Notes under the pieces: generated by a model
Told to the model about the DNA's origin: nothing
What the model saw: the letters and a program-made list of their open reading frames with translations, nothing else
Database searches by the model: none
DNA from: an uncultured Chloroflexia bacterium
GTDB taxonomy: Bacteria; Chloroflexota; Limnocylindria; Limnocylindrales; CSP1-4
Assembly (NCBI GenBank): GCA_963768655.1
Contig: CAVYIM010000003.1
Span: 256,001 to 320,000, forward strand
Reading direction: 5' to 3'
DNA: 64,000 nt
In this document: positions 38,386-49,063 of the stretch, piece by piece
How positions within the stretch are numbered: the first letter of the stretch is position 1
Layout of the letters: every line of letters begins with the position of its first letter
Translations under genes and position numbers: made by a program

Positions 38386-39315
38386 ATGCGCTACGTAGAG
38401 GTCGGCGGTCTGCGACTCTCTGTCATCGGGCTCGGGACCTGGCAGTTCGGGTCGCGCGAGTGGGCGTATGGGCCAACCTACGCCAGAGACACCGCTCCCG
38501 CCATCGTGCGACGGGCGATCGAGCTCGGGGTCACGCTCATCGATACCGCTGAGGCCTACGGCTTCGGGCGCTCGGAACGCATCGTGGGCGAGGCAATCAG
38601 CGGCCGGCGGGATGGGCTCGTCATCGCCACGAAACTCGTGCCGGCACTTCCACTCGCGTCGGTCGTCGACTGGCAGGTGAGGGGAAGTCTGCGACGCCTC
38701 GGCCTGGAGTCGATTGACCTGTACCAGGCCCACTTCCCGAACCCGTTCGTCTCGCCCCGATCGACCATGGCCCCGATGCGGACCTTGCTGGACCAAGGGC
38801 TCGTGCACTACGTGGGCGTCAGCAACTACTCGTTGGGGCGCTGGCGCGCCGCCGAGCGCGGCCTGGGCCATCCCGTCCTGACCAACCAGGTCCGCTTCAG
38901 CCTGGCCACGCCGCTGCCGCATTGGGAACTCGTACCGTATGCCCGTGAGACCGGGCGCGTTGTCATTGCCTACAGCCCCCTTGGGCAAGGTCTCTTGGGC
39001 GGTGGCCACAGCTCGGTCGGCCCCGCGCCGACCGATGTGCGCCGACGCAGTCGGCTGTTTCGGCCGCGGTCGCTGGTCCTGGCTGAGTCGCTTCTGGTCG
39101 CGCTTCAGGAAACCGCCGCTGCCCATGGCGCTACACGCGCTCAGGTGGCCCTGGCCTGGCTGATCGGGCACGGCAACGTCGTCGCCATCCCAGGCGCACG
39201 CACGGTGGCCCAGCTCGAGGAGAACGTCGCAGCAGCCGAGCTCGAACTCAGCGACGCGGAGATGGAGCGGCTCACCGCCGAGGCCGCGAGCTTCGAGCTG
39301 GCCCTGCGGCACTAG
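38386..39315 (+). CDS. Aldo/keto reductase
   Basis: IGLGTWQFG, IDTAEAYG.G.SE, IDLYQ.H, GVSNY, AYSPLGQG, AIPGA. Confidence 0.93.
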   Translation: MRYVEVGGLRLSVIGLGTWQFGSREWAYGPTYARDTAPAIVRRAIELGVTLIDTAEAYGFGRSERIVGEAISGRRDGLVIATKLVPALPLASVVDWQVRGSLRRLGLESIDLYQAHFPNPFVSPRSTMAPMRTLLDQGLVHYVGVSNYSLGRWRAAERGLGHPVLTNQVRFSLATPLPHWELVPYARETGRVVIAYSPLGQGLLGGGHSSVGPAPTDVRRRSRLFRPRSLVLAESLLVALQETAAAHGATRAQVALAWLIGHGNVVAIPGARTVAQLEENVAAAELELSDAEMERLTAEAASFELALRH

Positions 39316-39326
39316 CGTCTCAGCAA

Positions 39327-39356
39327 ACCGACGGGCTGCGATGGCAGCCCGTCGGT
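39327..39356. terminator. Hairpin between convergent genes
   Basis: ACCGACGGGCTGC-GATG-GCAGCCCGTCGGT, 13-bp stem. Confidence 0.7.
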
Positions 39357-39399
39357 CATGTCAGCTCGCGGCGGTTGGCTCCGCCGATCTCGGAGAGAC

Positions 39400-40911
39400 C
39401 TAGCGGCGGATGGTCCGTCGCTGGGTTTCGACTGCCATCAGGCCCAGCCCTCCGAAGACGAAGCAGATCAGGAGAGCCAGCGTCGGAGTCGAGTTGTTGC
39501 CAGGGTCGCCGCCGCCCGTGCTCGTGGGCGGCGGCGTCGTCGAATGTCCGGGTGTGGCTGTCTCACCCTGGAATGAGTCGAACGGTGTCGGAGTCACGAT
39601 CGGGGTGGCCGTGGCGCCCTGGAAGGACTCGAACGGGGTCCCCGTCGGGCCGTCGGTCGGCGGAGTCGTCGGCGGAGTCGTCGGCGGCGTCGTCGGCGGC
39701 GTCGTGGGCGGAGTCGTGGGCGGAGTCGTGGGCGTCGTCGTCGGCGGAGTCGTCGGCGGAGTCGTCGGCGGAGTCGTCGGCGGCGTCGTCGGCGGCGTCG
39801 TGGGCGGAGTCGTGGGCGGAGTCGTGGGCGTCGTCGTCGGCGGCGTCGTGGGCGTCGTCGTCGGCGGAGTCGTCGGCGGAGTCGTCGGCGGCGTCGTGGG
39901 CGGCGTCGTGGGCGGAGTCGTGGGCGGAGTCGTCGGCGGCGTCGTGGGCGGAGTCGTGGGCGGCGGGGTGTCCTGGCTGACGACCACGTTGTAGGCGATG
40001 CAGTAGATGTGCTGATCGGCTGTGCCCAGGTCGCGGATGTTCTCGAGGTTGTCGCCATTGTTGATGTCCGTGTAGCACCGCAGCGCGCCGAACTGTGCCA
40101 CGCTGGGCTGCTCGATCTCGACGACCCAGAGTCCGGTCGGAGATCCGCCGGTCTGGGCCAGGGAGACCTCAGACGCATCGAGCACGATGCTGACGGAGCC
40201 GGTACCCGCGCCGTCTGCGCCGGTGGTCAGAGGCGACCCGACCGGGGTTGAGAGGACGCCTTCGTTGAAGGCACCGTACAGCTGGAACTGCCAGCCGTCA
40301 GCGCGAGTGCAGGTCGTCGGGATGTCTGTCGCTGGATTCACCAGGGCGGTCTGATAGCTGGTGTCCAGCTCGCTGCCGTGGCCGCCGGTCTGATCGTAGG
40401 TTGTCGGGTTCTGGTTCGCGGGCACGACCGAGTAGCTCGGGCACAGCACTTTGATGAGGGTCAACGTGACCGTCTGCTGTGGCGGCGCCGTTGGGGCCGC
40501 GGTCGGCGGCGCAGTCGTCTGGTCCGTCGGAGGAGCGGTCGGTGGGAGGGACGGCGCCGAGCAATCCCCGCCACTCCATGTCGCCGAGCTCTGGCTGCTG
40601 TGGTCTGATGTCCAGCGGACGTAGAGCGTCGTCACCGAGGCCGGCGTCGTGAGCGGGTTGGCTCCAGCGGACATAGTGACGGAGGTGGCTCCTGAGAAGC
40701 CGGCGTTGTCCGCCCACTCGATGTCGTTGGTCCCGAAGTCGGACGACGGGCCCGTGAGGGTTATCGTCCAGTTGTGGACGGTCTGATCGCTCGAGCAGAC
40801 CGAGGCGATGCTCGGTACCGACCAGGCGAGCACCAGGCCCATGGTCGCGGGTATCAGAAGGGCGAACAACCCGAGGGCTGCCACCAGCGAGAGAACACGA
40901 TGCGGCTTCAC
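39400..40911 (-). CDS. Secreted surface protein with long TTPP repeat stalk and C-terminal TM anchor
   Basis: GGAGG then GTG; signal peptide; Cys-containing domain; TTPP repeats; TPPPTST, hydrophobic helix, QRRTIRR. Confidence 0.85.
   Translation of the reverse strand: MKPHRVLSLVAALGLFALLIPATMGLVLAWSVPSIASVCSSDQTVHNWTITLTGPSSDFGTNDIEWADNAGFSGATSVTMSAGANPLTTPASVTTLYVRWTSDHSSQSSATWSGGDCSAPSLPPTAPPTDQTTAPPTAAPTAPPQQTVTLTLIKVLCPSYSVVPANQNPTTYDQTGGHGSELDTSYQTALVNPATDIPTTCTRADGWQFQLYGAFNEGVLSTPVGSPLTTGADGAGTGSVSIVLDASEVSLAQTGGSPTGLWVVEIEQPSVAQFGALRCYTDINNGDNLENIRDLGTADQHIYCIAYNVVVSQDTPPPTTPPTTPPTTPPTTPPTTPPTTPPTTPPTTPPTTTPTTPPTTTPTTPPTTPPTTPPTTPPTTPPTTPPTTPPTTTPTTPPTTPPTTPPTTPPTTPPTTPPTDGPTGTPFESFQGATATPIVTPTPFDSFQGETATPGHSTTPPPTSTGGGDPGNNSTPTLALLICFVFGGLGLMAVETQRRTIRR
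39658..39966. repeat. 12-bp tandem repeat tract (about 25 units, TTPP)
   Basis: GGCGG(A/C)GTCGT(C/G) units. Confidence 0.95.
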
Positions 40912-41424
40912 ATATCCTCCGGGCGTTGCCAATTGCGATTGCCTTCCTGGCCTGCGGAGACCGGTCCCTCACCGCAACCGGCCCGTTCTCAGCGGTTGGA
41001 CCCTACACGATCAGTGAGTAAAGCAGTGTGAGTTTCGGGAGACGGTTTCCGCGTACTGGCGGGTGCAACGGGGCAAGCCGTAGCGCCGGGGGCGACTCGC
41101 ACGGTGAGATGCGCGAGTCCGAGATGACACGCGCCGTGGCGCGACGCGCGGCTCCGACGCGCCCGGTGTAACGAGCCCTGGGCGCGAGGCGCGGTCAACG
41201 ACGAGCGCGCAGCCGGTCAGGAGCCGATCGGGGCAACTCCCTCGCAGCGCATGGCCGAGTCCGTGGCACGCCGCCCCGGCCTGCCCGTGCTGCTCGGCTC
41301 GAGTGCGCCGGTCGACCGGACGGCTTCGCTTCCGTGCATGCCCACCGAAGTACCCCTGTCGGCAGGCAGCGTGACGCCCGACAATGAGTGGACTATCCAG
41401 GCTCTGGCAGCCAGAGGTGGCGAA

Positions 41425-42606
41425 ATGGATGGCTCGCAGGCGGCTGACGGCATTCGGCAGACGGTCGCCGCGCGATGCCGGAGCGTCTCGCGATGGGGCA
41501 CTAGGGCGACCGGCGGTATCGCCGTGGCGGCCATGCTCGTCTTCGCGGCGATCGGCTGCGGCTCGGGCACGAACAACGCCGCGAGCGATCTGTCGAGCGC
41601 CTCCGGCCCAGGCACGCAGTTGGGTGTCACGGCGACCACGCCTACGAACGCGATCGGCCTGTTCTCGCCCGCTTCGGCGTCTCCGACCGCTTCTAGCGCC
41701 GACGCCGACGACGAAGGCTCGAGCAGCGCAGGCGCCTCGTTTGCGCCCAACGCCACGGGCGTTCTGGCGCCTGAGAGCGGCGCCGGGACGATCGCGCAGC
41801 TACCGGGCGAACCCAACCCGGCGCTGACTCCCGGCGCGCTCAACCCGGCCGTCACCCAGGCCACGATCGGCTCGACCATCTGCGTCTCGGGCTGGACCGC
41901 CACGATCAGACCCCCGGAGTCCTTCACCGACGCTCTCAAGGTCAAACAGATCGGTCAGTACGGCTACAGCGACACCGCTACGGCCGACTACGAGGAAGAC
42001 CACCTCATCTCGCTCGAACTCGGCGGCGCACCCGCGGACGCGCGCAACCTGTGGCCCGAGCCGTATACGGACTCGCTCCCCGACGGTCGACCTACCGGAG
42101 CGCGCACCAAGGACACATTCGAGACGAAGCTCAAGGACGAGGTCTGCGCGGGCACCATCACGCTCGCTCAGGCGCAGGCGGACATCGGTGATCACTGGGT
42201 CCACGCCTACTACGGCATCGCGCTGGCCGCGTCGTCCCCGACGGCGGCTCCCACTCCGACGCCGGCAGCAACACCTACTCCCATCACGCCGGCTGTCACC
42301 CCGAAGCCTGCCACGCTCTCGGTTCAAATCACGAGCCTGCCTGCGTCGATCAAACACGGCGCCAACGCGACGATGGAAGCCAGGACTTCGGCCGGCGCCA
42401 CTTGCAGCGCCAGCGTCCGGTACTTCTCCGGAACCGTGTCCACGGCAGCCGGACTGAAGACGAAGCCCGTGGCCGATTCATCGGGCCTTGTTTCATGGAC
42501 CTGGAAGGTCGGCTCGAGTACAAAGCCCGGCACTTCCACCGCCACGGTTACGTGCTCGCTGGCCGGCCACTCTGCCAGCAAGAGCAAGACGTTCAAGGTC
42601 ACGTGA
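41425..42606 (+). CDS. Secreted/lipoprotein with HNH-like nuclease domain and C-terminal beta domain
   Basis: AAIGC lipobox-like segment; LTPGA.NP.VTQ..I..TIC; YEEDHLISLELGG......NLWPE; KD..E..L...VC.G.ITL..AQ; start uncertain. Confidence 0.7.
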   Translation: MDGSQAADGIRQTVAARCRSVSRWGTRATGGIAVAAMLVFAAIGCGSGTNNAASDLSSASGPGTQLGVTATTPTNAIGLFSPASASPTASSADADDEGSSSAGASFAPNATGVLAPESGAGTIAQLPGEPNPALTPGALNPAVTQATIGSTICVSGWTATIRPPESFTDALKVKQIGQYGYSDTATADYEEDHLISLELGGAPADARNLWPEPYTDSLPDGRPTGARTKDTFETKLKDEVCAGTITLAQAQADIGDHWVHAYYGIALAASSPTAAPTPTPAATPTPITPAVTPKPATLSVQITSLPASIKHGANATMEARTSAGATCSASVRYFSGTVSTAAGLKTKPVADSSGLVSWTWKVGSSTKPGTSTATVTCSLAGHSASKSKTFKVT

Positions 42607-42681
42607 CGCAACAGGACGCGCCACGAGCCAGGCGGACGCCGCTTCCCCGCACGCCGCGGGCGGTGATCGCCGGAGCTGCCG

Positions 42682-44148
42682 CTACTTCAGGTCCGTCGGC
42701 GGGTCCGTAGGCAGCAACACGGCAGGCCGCGGCGCCTGGTTGAAGTTGAAGTCGGCCACTAGATTCCCGAGCGCCGAGGCGTTCTCCCGAACGTCGGGGC
42801 GCGAGTCCGGCCTGCCGTCGGTGGCCGGGTCAATTCGCTGGCCACCCAGGAAGTCGTCCTCGATGAACTTGAGGTAGGCGTCGAAGCTCAGGGTCTGGTG
42901 GTCGATGTATCCGCGGCGGGCGTAGGGGCTGATCACGAGGGCGGGCACGCGCAGGCCATAGCCGTTCCCGTCGACCGTCGGCGGCACGACGTTGTCGTAG
43001 AAGCCGCCCCAGTCGTCCCAGGCCAGGAAGATCGCGGTGCTCGACCAATCGGGGCCCGTCATGACGGCATCGATCAGGCTCGTGACGTACGACTGACCGG
43101 CTGAAACTGGGGCAGGCGGATGCTCGCTGACGGAGCCGTCGGGCGTGACCCAGCTGACAGCCGGTAGCGTGCCGTTCTCGGCGGCTGTGAAGAAGTCGTC
43201 GATTGGCTGAACGTTCCCGAGCTGGCCGTCGGCGCTCACATCCTCGAAGCCCGGCAGCGGGTTCCAGATGCTCGCCACGTCCGCGTTCTGCTGTCCTGGC
43301 GTGCAGGTCATCTCGTCGTCGGCGCAGTCGGGAGCCTTCCCGGGGCGCAGGTAGTAGGCCCAACTGACGTTCTTCTTGTAGAGCAGGTAGGTCAGGTCTG
43401 TCCAGGCGTAGGGCTTCGGGTTGGCCGCGGTCGGAAGGTCGGGCTCCTTGATGTCGCTGATGCAGGTCATAGGGTCGGATGGATTGCGGCATATGGCCGA
43501 CCAACCGGAAACCATGGACAGGTGGGCCGGCAAGCTCCACGAGGCGTCGGGCTCGAACATGTGGTCGGCGAGCACGAAATCGCCCGCCCAGGTCCAGTAG
43601 TTGGGGATCTCCCGCTTGTCCATGTAAGCCATGACGTCAGGCGCGCCGGCGCCGCAGGCTGCGGTCAAGGTGATGGCGCAGCCGGTCCTGGCGTGCTCTT
43701 GCTGGTCGACGAACCCGTTCATTTCCCCTTTGGCGATGTCGGCTTTGGCGCTGGCTGAGCCGTGTGGGCCGCCGACTTCCGAGTCGGCGTTGGTGTGATA
43801 GGGGCGGACGCAGCCACCATTCGCCGGGTCGGGCACGCACACGCTCGGGGTCCCGTTGGACATCGGGATGCCATCGACTCCGGGGTACGTGCCGAAGTAG
43901 GTGTCGAAGGAGCGGTTCTCCTGCATGATCACGATGACGTGCTTGATGAGGTGGATGTCGCCCTTGGCGCTCCCTTGCACGAGCGGCGACGGGCTGCCGG
44001 CAGGACTGACGGCTGGCGATCCGGCTGGCGATCCGGCTGACGACGCGACGCTGGGGGCCACCGACACGCCCGGGCCTGAGCCGCACCCGGCTACCAGGAC
44101 GGCGACTCCGATCGCCAGAAACGGCATGGGGCGGGGGCGGCTTCGCAT
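42682..44148 (-). CDS. Phosphoesterase (phospholipase C / acid phosphatase AcpA family) lipoprotein
   Basis: LVAGC; [19 protein letters not shown]; SEHP; WDDWGGFYD; [12 protein letters not shown]. Confidence 0.92.
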   Translation of the reverse strand: MRSRPRPMPFLAIGVAVLVAGCGSGPGVSVAPSVASSAGSPAGSPAVSPAGSPSPLVQGSAKGDIHLIKHVIVIMQENRSFDTYFGTYPGVDGIPMSNGTPSVCVPDPANGGCVRPYHTNADSEVGGPHGSASAKADIAKGEMNGFVDQQEHARTGCAITLTAACGAGAPDVMAYMDKREIPNYWTWAGDFVLADHMFEPDASWSLPAHLSMVSGWSAICRNPSDPMTCISDIKEPDLPTAANPKPYAWTDLTYLLYKKNVSWAYYLRPGKAPDCADDEMTCTPGQQNADVASIWNPLPGFEDVSADGQLGNVQPIDDFFTAAENGTLPAVSWVTPDGSVSEHPPAPVSAGQSYVTSLIDAVMTGPDWSSTAIFLAWDDWGGFYDNVVPPTVDGNGYGLRVPALVISPYARRGYIDHQTLSFDAYLKFIEDDFLGGQRIDPATDGRPDSRPDVRENASALGNLVADFNFNQAPRPAVLLPTDPPTDLK

Positions 44149-44270
44149 AACGACGGCCTCCCTGTGTCGATCATTTGGCGGCGGCGCTTGACAGGTAACC
44201 AAGCCAACAAGATACCCGACTCGAAAAGGCGTCAAACGCGGCCCTGCCCAGGCCCGCCGCCACGTAGCCG

Positions 44271-44296
44271 GAGGCCCCGGCGCGGGCCGGGGCCTC
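44271..44296. terminator. Hairpin downstream of the RCC1 gene
   Basis: GAGGCCCCGGC-GCGG-GCCGGGGCCTC. Confidence 0.55.
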
Positions 44297-44336
44297 GGAG
44301 CGTCTGCGAGGGTCGAAAGAGGCGAGGAGCCGGACG

Positions 44337-47300
44337 CTACTTCCAGTAGCCGGTGATATCGAGAGCGATGTTGGCGCTGGAGCCGGTGGTGCCGGCCCAC
44401 TCGAGAGCGACGTGACCCGATGTGCCCAGAGCGACATCGAAGCCGTTGGCTTCACTGTGTCCGGAGGCGACGTTGAGGGTAGAGGTGGTCGGCGTGGCGA
44501 CGATCTCGGGTGATACCAGGGCCCAGCCCGCCGATGAGGGAGATAGCAGAGTCAGGTTGCCGCTGATGCCGGCGGCGCCAGTTGGGACACCGGCCGTACC
44601 GCCGATGGTGAAGAGTCTCGCGCTCCGGCTCGCGAAGGTACCCGACAGTCCGAGACTGACCGAGGAGTCGAGAACCCGGACCGGTGTGATCGGGTAGTAG
44701 GACAGACCACCCGAGCCGGCAGTGAAGTAGCCAGTGACATCGAAGATGACATCGGCCGATGATCCGGCCGTGCCATCCCAGACGGCCTCTAGCTTGCCGC
44801 CCTTGAGGGCCACGGTGACCCCGTTGGCGACGGTCGAGCCGGCGGCGACATTGAGAGTCGAGGTCGAGGGTACGGCGGCGATCGTGGGACCGAGAGAGAC
44901 ATAGCCGATAGAGCTGGCATCGGTCACGGTCAGGTTGCCGGTGACAGCGGTGGCAGCCGACGGTACCAGGGCGGACGTCCAGCCCAGGGCCTTGACGCCT
45001 GCGATCGCGAAGGTCCGGACACTCTTGTTGGCGAACTTACCCGCTAGCCCGATGTTGGTGTGACCGCTGCCGGTCGGTCTGGTATCGAGGATCCGGCCCG
45101 GGGCGAGGACGTGATAGGTGGCACCGCTCGTATCGGGGGTGAAGAAGCCTGTGACATCGAAGATGAGATCGATCGTGGCTCCGGCTGTAGCCGAGCGATA
45201 GACCGCCGAGAGCTTGCCCCCGGCTCCTAGCCCCATAGTCACGTTGTTGGCCCGGATGTCGCCCTTGACGAAGTCGATCGTGGTAGTGGCACCGCTGGCG
45301 GTCATGGTCGGTCCCAGGGCCACTACTCCGGGGGCGGTCTCGTTCACGATGGTGAGATTGCCCGTGACCGCGGTGGCATTGGTCGGTACGGCCGCGCTGG
45401 TGGCCCCTACGCCGATGACACCGGCCACCGCGAAGGTTCGGACCGTGCCCGCTGTGAACTTACCGGATAGTCCGATGTTGGTGTGACCCGAGCCTGTGGG
45501 TCGGGAGTCCAGCACCCGCGCCGGGCTAGTGGCGTGGTACGTGGAGGCGGGCGGAGCGACCACGACGCTCTGGGACCCGGTGATCGAGCTGGTCGTCGTG
45601 TCCGTCGCGGTCACCGATTGCGTGCCGGCGGTCCAAAGGGTCACGCCAAAGGTGCCGACCCCCGATGTGAGCTTGGCGTTGGCCGCCAGGGTCGCGGCGC
45701 CATCGCTGCTCGTGATGTGGACCGTGCCGGCGTAGCCGGTGGCGGTGTTGCCGTAGGCATCGAGAGCCTTGACGGTCACGCTGTGCGCGACACCGACAGT
45801 CGTCGGGCTCGGGTAGCCCGAGACGGACAGGTGCGTCGCCGCGCCCGGATTGACCACGATCCCGCTCTGGGACCCCGTGATCGAGCTAGTGGCCGTGTCG
45901 GTCGCGGTTACCGACTGGGTGCCCGCGGTCTTGAGGGCGACGGAGAACGCATGGACGCCTGCGTCGGACGCGGTGAAGGTGTAGGCCGCCGGCAGGACGG
46001 CGGCGGCATCGGTGGAGGATAAGTGGACGGTGCCGGTGTAGCCGATCGCGGTGGCACCAAACGGGTCCTTCGCGGTGACGGTGACGTTGTGAGCAACGCC
46101 GGCAGTCGTCGGGCTCGGGAACCCGGAGACCACGAGCTTGACCGCCGGGACGGTCGACTGGCCGTCGCCATTCTCTCCCCAGCATACGACGGTGCCGTCG
46201 GTCCGAACAGCGCAGGTGTGGTTCTCGCTCGCGCTCACCGAAGTGAAGGTCCCCGACGGCGGGCTCGATTGGTTGTAGCTGTTGTCGCCCCAGCAGGATA
46301 GGGTGCCGTCGGTGGCGATGGCGCAGTGGTGGAGATAGCCCGAGGACAGGGCCACGTACTTGCCCGCCGGAGGTGTGGTGTTGTAGCCGGTGTTGCTGCC
46401 CCAGCAGGCGATCGTGCCGTCGGTCTTGATGGCGCAGGCGCTGAAGAAGCCCGCTGCCACCGCGATGTACTTGCCCGCCGGAGGCACGGTCTGGCTGTAG
46501 CTGCTCTCGCCCCAGCAGGCGAGTGTGCCATCGGTCTTGATGGCGCAGTTGAAGAAGCCACCGGCGCTCACCTCGGTGTAGGTCCCGGTGGGTGGGCTGG
46601 ATTCGCCATAGGTCTGGTCGCCCCAGCAGACGAGGGTGCCGTTGTCCTGTAGCGCGCAGGTGTCGAGTGCACCCGCTGACACGTCCACGAAGGTCCCGGC
46701 CGGTGGATCTGATTGACTACTGCTGTCCTCTCCCCAGCAGGCAATCGAACCGCCGGTCCTGATGGCGCAGGTGTGGCTGCCGCCGGCGCTCACCGCGGTG
46801 AAGGTCCCGGTCGGCGGGCTAGCCTGGCCGTACTCGTTGTCACCCCAGCAGGCCAGGGTGCCGTCGGTTGTGATGGCGCAGGTGTGGTAGTAGCCCGCGT
46901 CCACGGTCGGAAGATGGGCGCCGCCGAACAGGCCCGACGGTGGGCTGGCCTGCTCGTCGCCGTTGAAGCCCCAGCAGGTCAAGTTGCCGTCGGTCCTGAT
47001 GGCGCAGGTGTGGTAGGCGCCGGCGCTCACCGCGACGAAGGTCCCTGATGGCGGACTGGCCTGACCGTAGGTGTTGACCCCCCAGCAGGCCAGGGTGCCG
47101 TCAGTCCTGATGGCGCAGGTGTGGTAATCGCCGGCGTCGAGCGCGGTGAAGGTCCCGGACGGCGGAGTGGCCTCGCCTTCGGCGTTGTCACCCCAGCAGG
47201 CCAGTGCGCCGTCGGTCCTGATGGCGCAGGTGTGGTAGTAGCCACCGCTGACCGCGATGAAGGTGCCGGTCGGTGGACTGGACTGGCCGTCGGCGTTGTC

Positions 47301-47885
47301 ACCCCAGCAGGCCAGAGTGCCGTCGGTCCTGATGGCGCAGGTGTGGCGATAGCCGGCGCTGACCGCGGTGAAGGTCCCGGACGGCGTGGGCGACTCGCCC
47401 CAGGAGTTGTCCCCCCAGCAGGCCAGCGTGCCGTTCGTCCTGATGGCGCAGGTGTGCCAGTAGCCGGCGCTCACAGCGATGAAGGTGCCGGTCGGCGGGG
47501 TGGCCTGGCCGTACTCGTTCCAGCCCCAGCAGGCCAGCGTGCCGTCGGTCTTGATGGCGCAGGTGTGGTAGTCGCCGGCGCTCACAGCGATGAAGGTGCC
47601 AGTCGGCGGGCTGGCCTGGCCGTCGTCGTTGTCGCCCCAGCAAGCCAGCGTGCCGTCGGTCTTGATGGCGCAGGTGTGGAGGGCACCGGCGGAGAGGGCC
47701 GCTCCGCTGGATGTGGCAACCGAGGTCTCGGACTGGCCCAGGGTTATGCCGTGCGCAGCCTGGGCGGCAGGCACAAGTGGCGGCGTCAGCCCGACTCCGA
47801 GCAGACCAAGGACCAGGGCCAGGGCGGTCCCGCCCATGGCTGCGGCTCTGCGTGCCCGACGATCCCCAGACGAGAGCAGCTTCAC
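44337..47885 (-). CDS. Secreted RCC1-repeat protein with two Ig-like domains and three C-terminal PxRxLDSR...FDVTGYF modules
   Basis: About 14 repeats of [26 protein letters not shown]; AAGGAG RBS before GTG 47885. Confidence 0.92.
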   Translation of the reverse strand: MKLLSSGDRRARRAAAMGGTALALVLGLLGVGLTPPLVPAAQAAHGITLGQSETSVATSSGAALSAGALHTCAIKTDGTLACWGDNDDGQASPPTGTFIAVSAGDYHTCAIKTDGTLACWGWNEYGQATPPTGTFIAVSAGYWHTCAIRTNGTLACWGDNSWGESPTPSGTFTAVSAGYRHTCAIRTDGTLACWGDNADGQSSPPTGTFIAVSGGYYHTCAIRTDGALACWGDNAEGEATPPSGTFTALDAGDYHTCAIRTDGTLACWGVNTYGQASPPSGTFVAVSAGAYHTCAIRTDGNLTCWGFNGDEQASPPSGLFGGAHLPTVDAGYYHTCAITTDGTLACWGDNEYGQASPPTGTFTAVSAGGSHTCAIRTGGSIACWGEDSSSQSDPPAGTFVDVSAGALDTCALQDNGTLVCWGDQTYGESSPPTGTYTEVSAGGFFNCAIKTDGTLACWGESSYSQTVPPAGKYIAVAAGFFSACAIKTDGTIACWGSNTGYNTTPPAGKYVALSSGYLHHCAIATDGTLSCWGDNSYNQSSPPSGTFTSVSASENHTCAVRTDGTVVCWGENGDGQSTVPAVKLVVSGFPSPTTAGVAHNVTVTAKDPFGATAIGYTGTVHLSSTDAAAVLPAAYTFTASDAGVHAFSVALKTAGTQSVTATDTATSSITGSQSGIVVNPGAATHLSVSGYPSPTTVGVAHSVTVKALDAYGNTATGYAGTVHITSSDGAATLAANAKLTSGVGTFGVTLWTAGTQSVTATDTTTSSITGSQSVVVAPPASTYHATSPARVLDSRPTGSGHTNIGLSGKFTAGTVRTFAVAGVIGVGATSAAVPTNATAVTGNLTIVNETAPGVVALGPTMTASGATTTIDFVKGDIRANNVTMGLGAGGKLSAVYRSATAGATIDLIFDVTGFFTPDTSGATYHVLAPGRILDTRPTGSGHTNIGLAGKFANKSVRTFAIAGVKALGWTSALVPSAATAVTGNLTVTDASSIGYVSLGPTIAAVPSTSTLNVAAGSTVANGVTVALKGGKLEAVWDGTAGSSADVIFDVTGYFTAGSGGLSYYPITPVRVLDSSVSLGLSGTFASRSARLFTIGGTAGVPTGAAGISGNLTLLSPSSAGWALVSPEIVATPTTSTLNVASGHSEANGFDVALGTSGHVALEWAGTTGSSANIALDITGYWK

Positions 47886-48222
47886 CCGACCCGCTCCTTT
47901 CCGTTGAGGCGGCGTTCGCATCCCCCAGTGCGAGATCGGGCTGACGGGCCCCATCGTTGTCCGGAAGCTGCGACACGATCGTCATGTTCGGTCGGCGGGC
48001 CATTCCTCCAGGCCGGGCCGTGCCGGACAACGCGGATACTACCCCCGAAGGTAGGCAATGGCCATGGTCGGGGTCTCGCCACCCGTGCGGCTGGCCCGGG
48101 CGCGCCCGAAGCCCCGAGCTTCGGCTGACGCGGGCGGCACTCATTAGTCGATACTGGCGTGGCCGATGCCCAGCTCCCACGAAGTCCACGGTAAGAACGA
48201 GGGCTTGCCGCGCCGTGAGCCT

Positions 48223-48966
48223 GTGGCCGAGGACGCCTTCGGCGCCGCGCAAGAGGTGAGCCGCGCGCTCACAAACGCTCTCGGCGAGGAACCCGCTGCC
48301 GTCTACCTCCACGGCTCCGCCGTCCTGGGCGGCTTTCGCTGGGATCGCAGCGACCTCGACATGCTCGCACTGAGCCGCGCGTCGCTGTCCGACGGCCAGC
48401 TCCGTGAGGCCGTTCGCGCGCTCGACACCCTGACGTACCCGTCGAACGGCCTCGAGCTGAGCCTCCTGACTGCCCGGGAGGGATCGGAGCCCGAGTTTCC
48501 GGCACTGCGGTTTCAGCTCCACAAGACGACCGATGGGCGCGATCGAGCCGGCAAGGCGATCGATGACCGGGCGAGCCGGGGCGACCCCGACCTCGTCCTC
48601 CATCTGGCGGTTTGTCGTGCGAGCGGACTGACCATCCCCGGGCCGCCGCCGCGCTCGATGTTGGCCGCGGTTCCGGAGCCGACCATGCTGTCGGCGATGC
48701 TCGACGAGATCCGCTGGGCCCGCGAGCACGCTCCGCTGGAATACCTGGTTCTGACGGCCGCTCGGGTATGGCTCTTCGCAAAGACGCATCGGATCTCGTT
48801 GAAGATCGAGGCCGGCGAGTGGGCCGCGCGACGTTACGCGGAGCCGGCCATCATCGAGCGGGCGCTCGCCCTGCAGCGCGGGTCGGAGGCCGAGATCGAG
48901 CGAGATGCAGCGGTTCGCCTGGCAGACGAGGTCGAACGTCTGAACGCGCCCGCGTCGCCGGCCTGA
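48223..48966 (+). CDS. AadA-like nucleotidyltransferase (DUF4111-type C-terminus)
   Basis: VYLHGSAVLGGF...RSDLDML; D.DL.L; YLVLTAAR.W......SL KIEAGEWA; start uncertain (ORF opens at 48166). Confidence 0.8.
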   Translation: MAEDAFGAAQEVSRALTNALGEEPAAVYLHGSAVLGGFRWDRSDLDMLALSRASLSDGQLREAVRALDTLTYPSNGLELSLLTAREGSEPEFPALRFQLHKTTDGRDRAGKAIDDRASRGDPDLVLHLAVCRASGLTIPGPPPRSMLAAVPEPTMLSAMLDEIRWAREHAPLEYLVLTAARVWLFAKTHRISLKIEAGEWAARRYAEPAIIERALALQRGSEAEIERDAAVRLADEVERLNAPASPA

Positions 48967-48968
48967 TC

Positions 48969-49052
48969 CGGCGTCGAGCGCTGGCACTCGCGAATCCGTT
49001 CGTGGGCGCTCCGTCAGACCCGTGCGGCACCCGATCGCCCAGCCGCGACGCG
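48969..49052. other. Diverged complete copy of the att-like site; likely right end of the accessory zone
   Basis: GGCGTCGAGCGCTGGCACTCGCGAATCCG-TTCGTGGGCGCTCCGTCAGAC(21 nt)-CC-GTGCGGCACCCGATC...CGCGACGCG. Confidence 0.65.
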
Positions 49053-49063
49053 CCTTCGGCCGG

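Noticed and set aside
39381-39399. CCGATCTCGGAGAGAC resembling the right arm
   Set aside because: It lacks the CC at the conserved 12-nt spacing.
39658-39966. CRISPR-like periodicity
   Set aside because: It is a 12-bp coding repeat with no unique spacers and there are no cas genes.
40930-41250. Possible riboswitch upstream of the TTPP protein
   Set aside because: I could not match the consensus of any known class by eye.
8784-49052. Prophage or conjugative element
   Set aside because: No structural, replication, relaxase or T4SS genes; the single CpaF is Tad-type.
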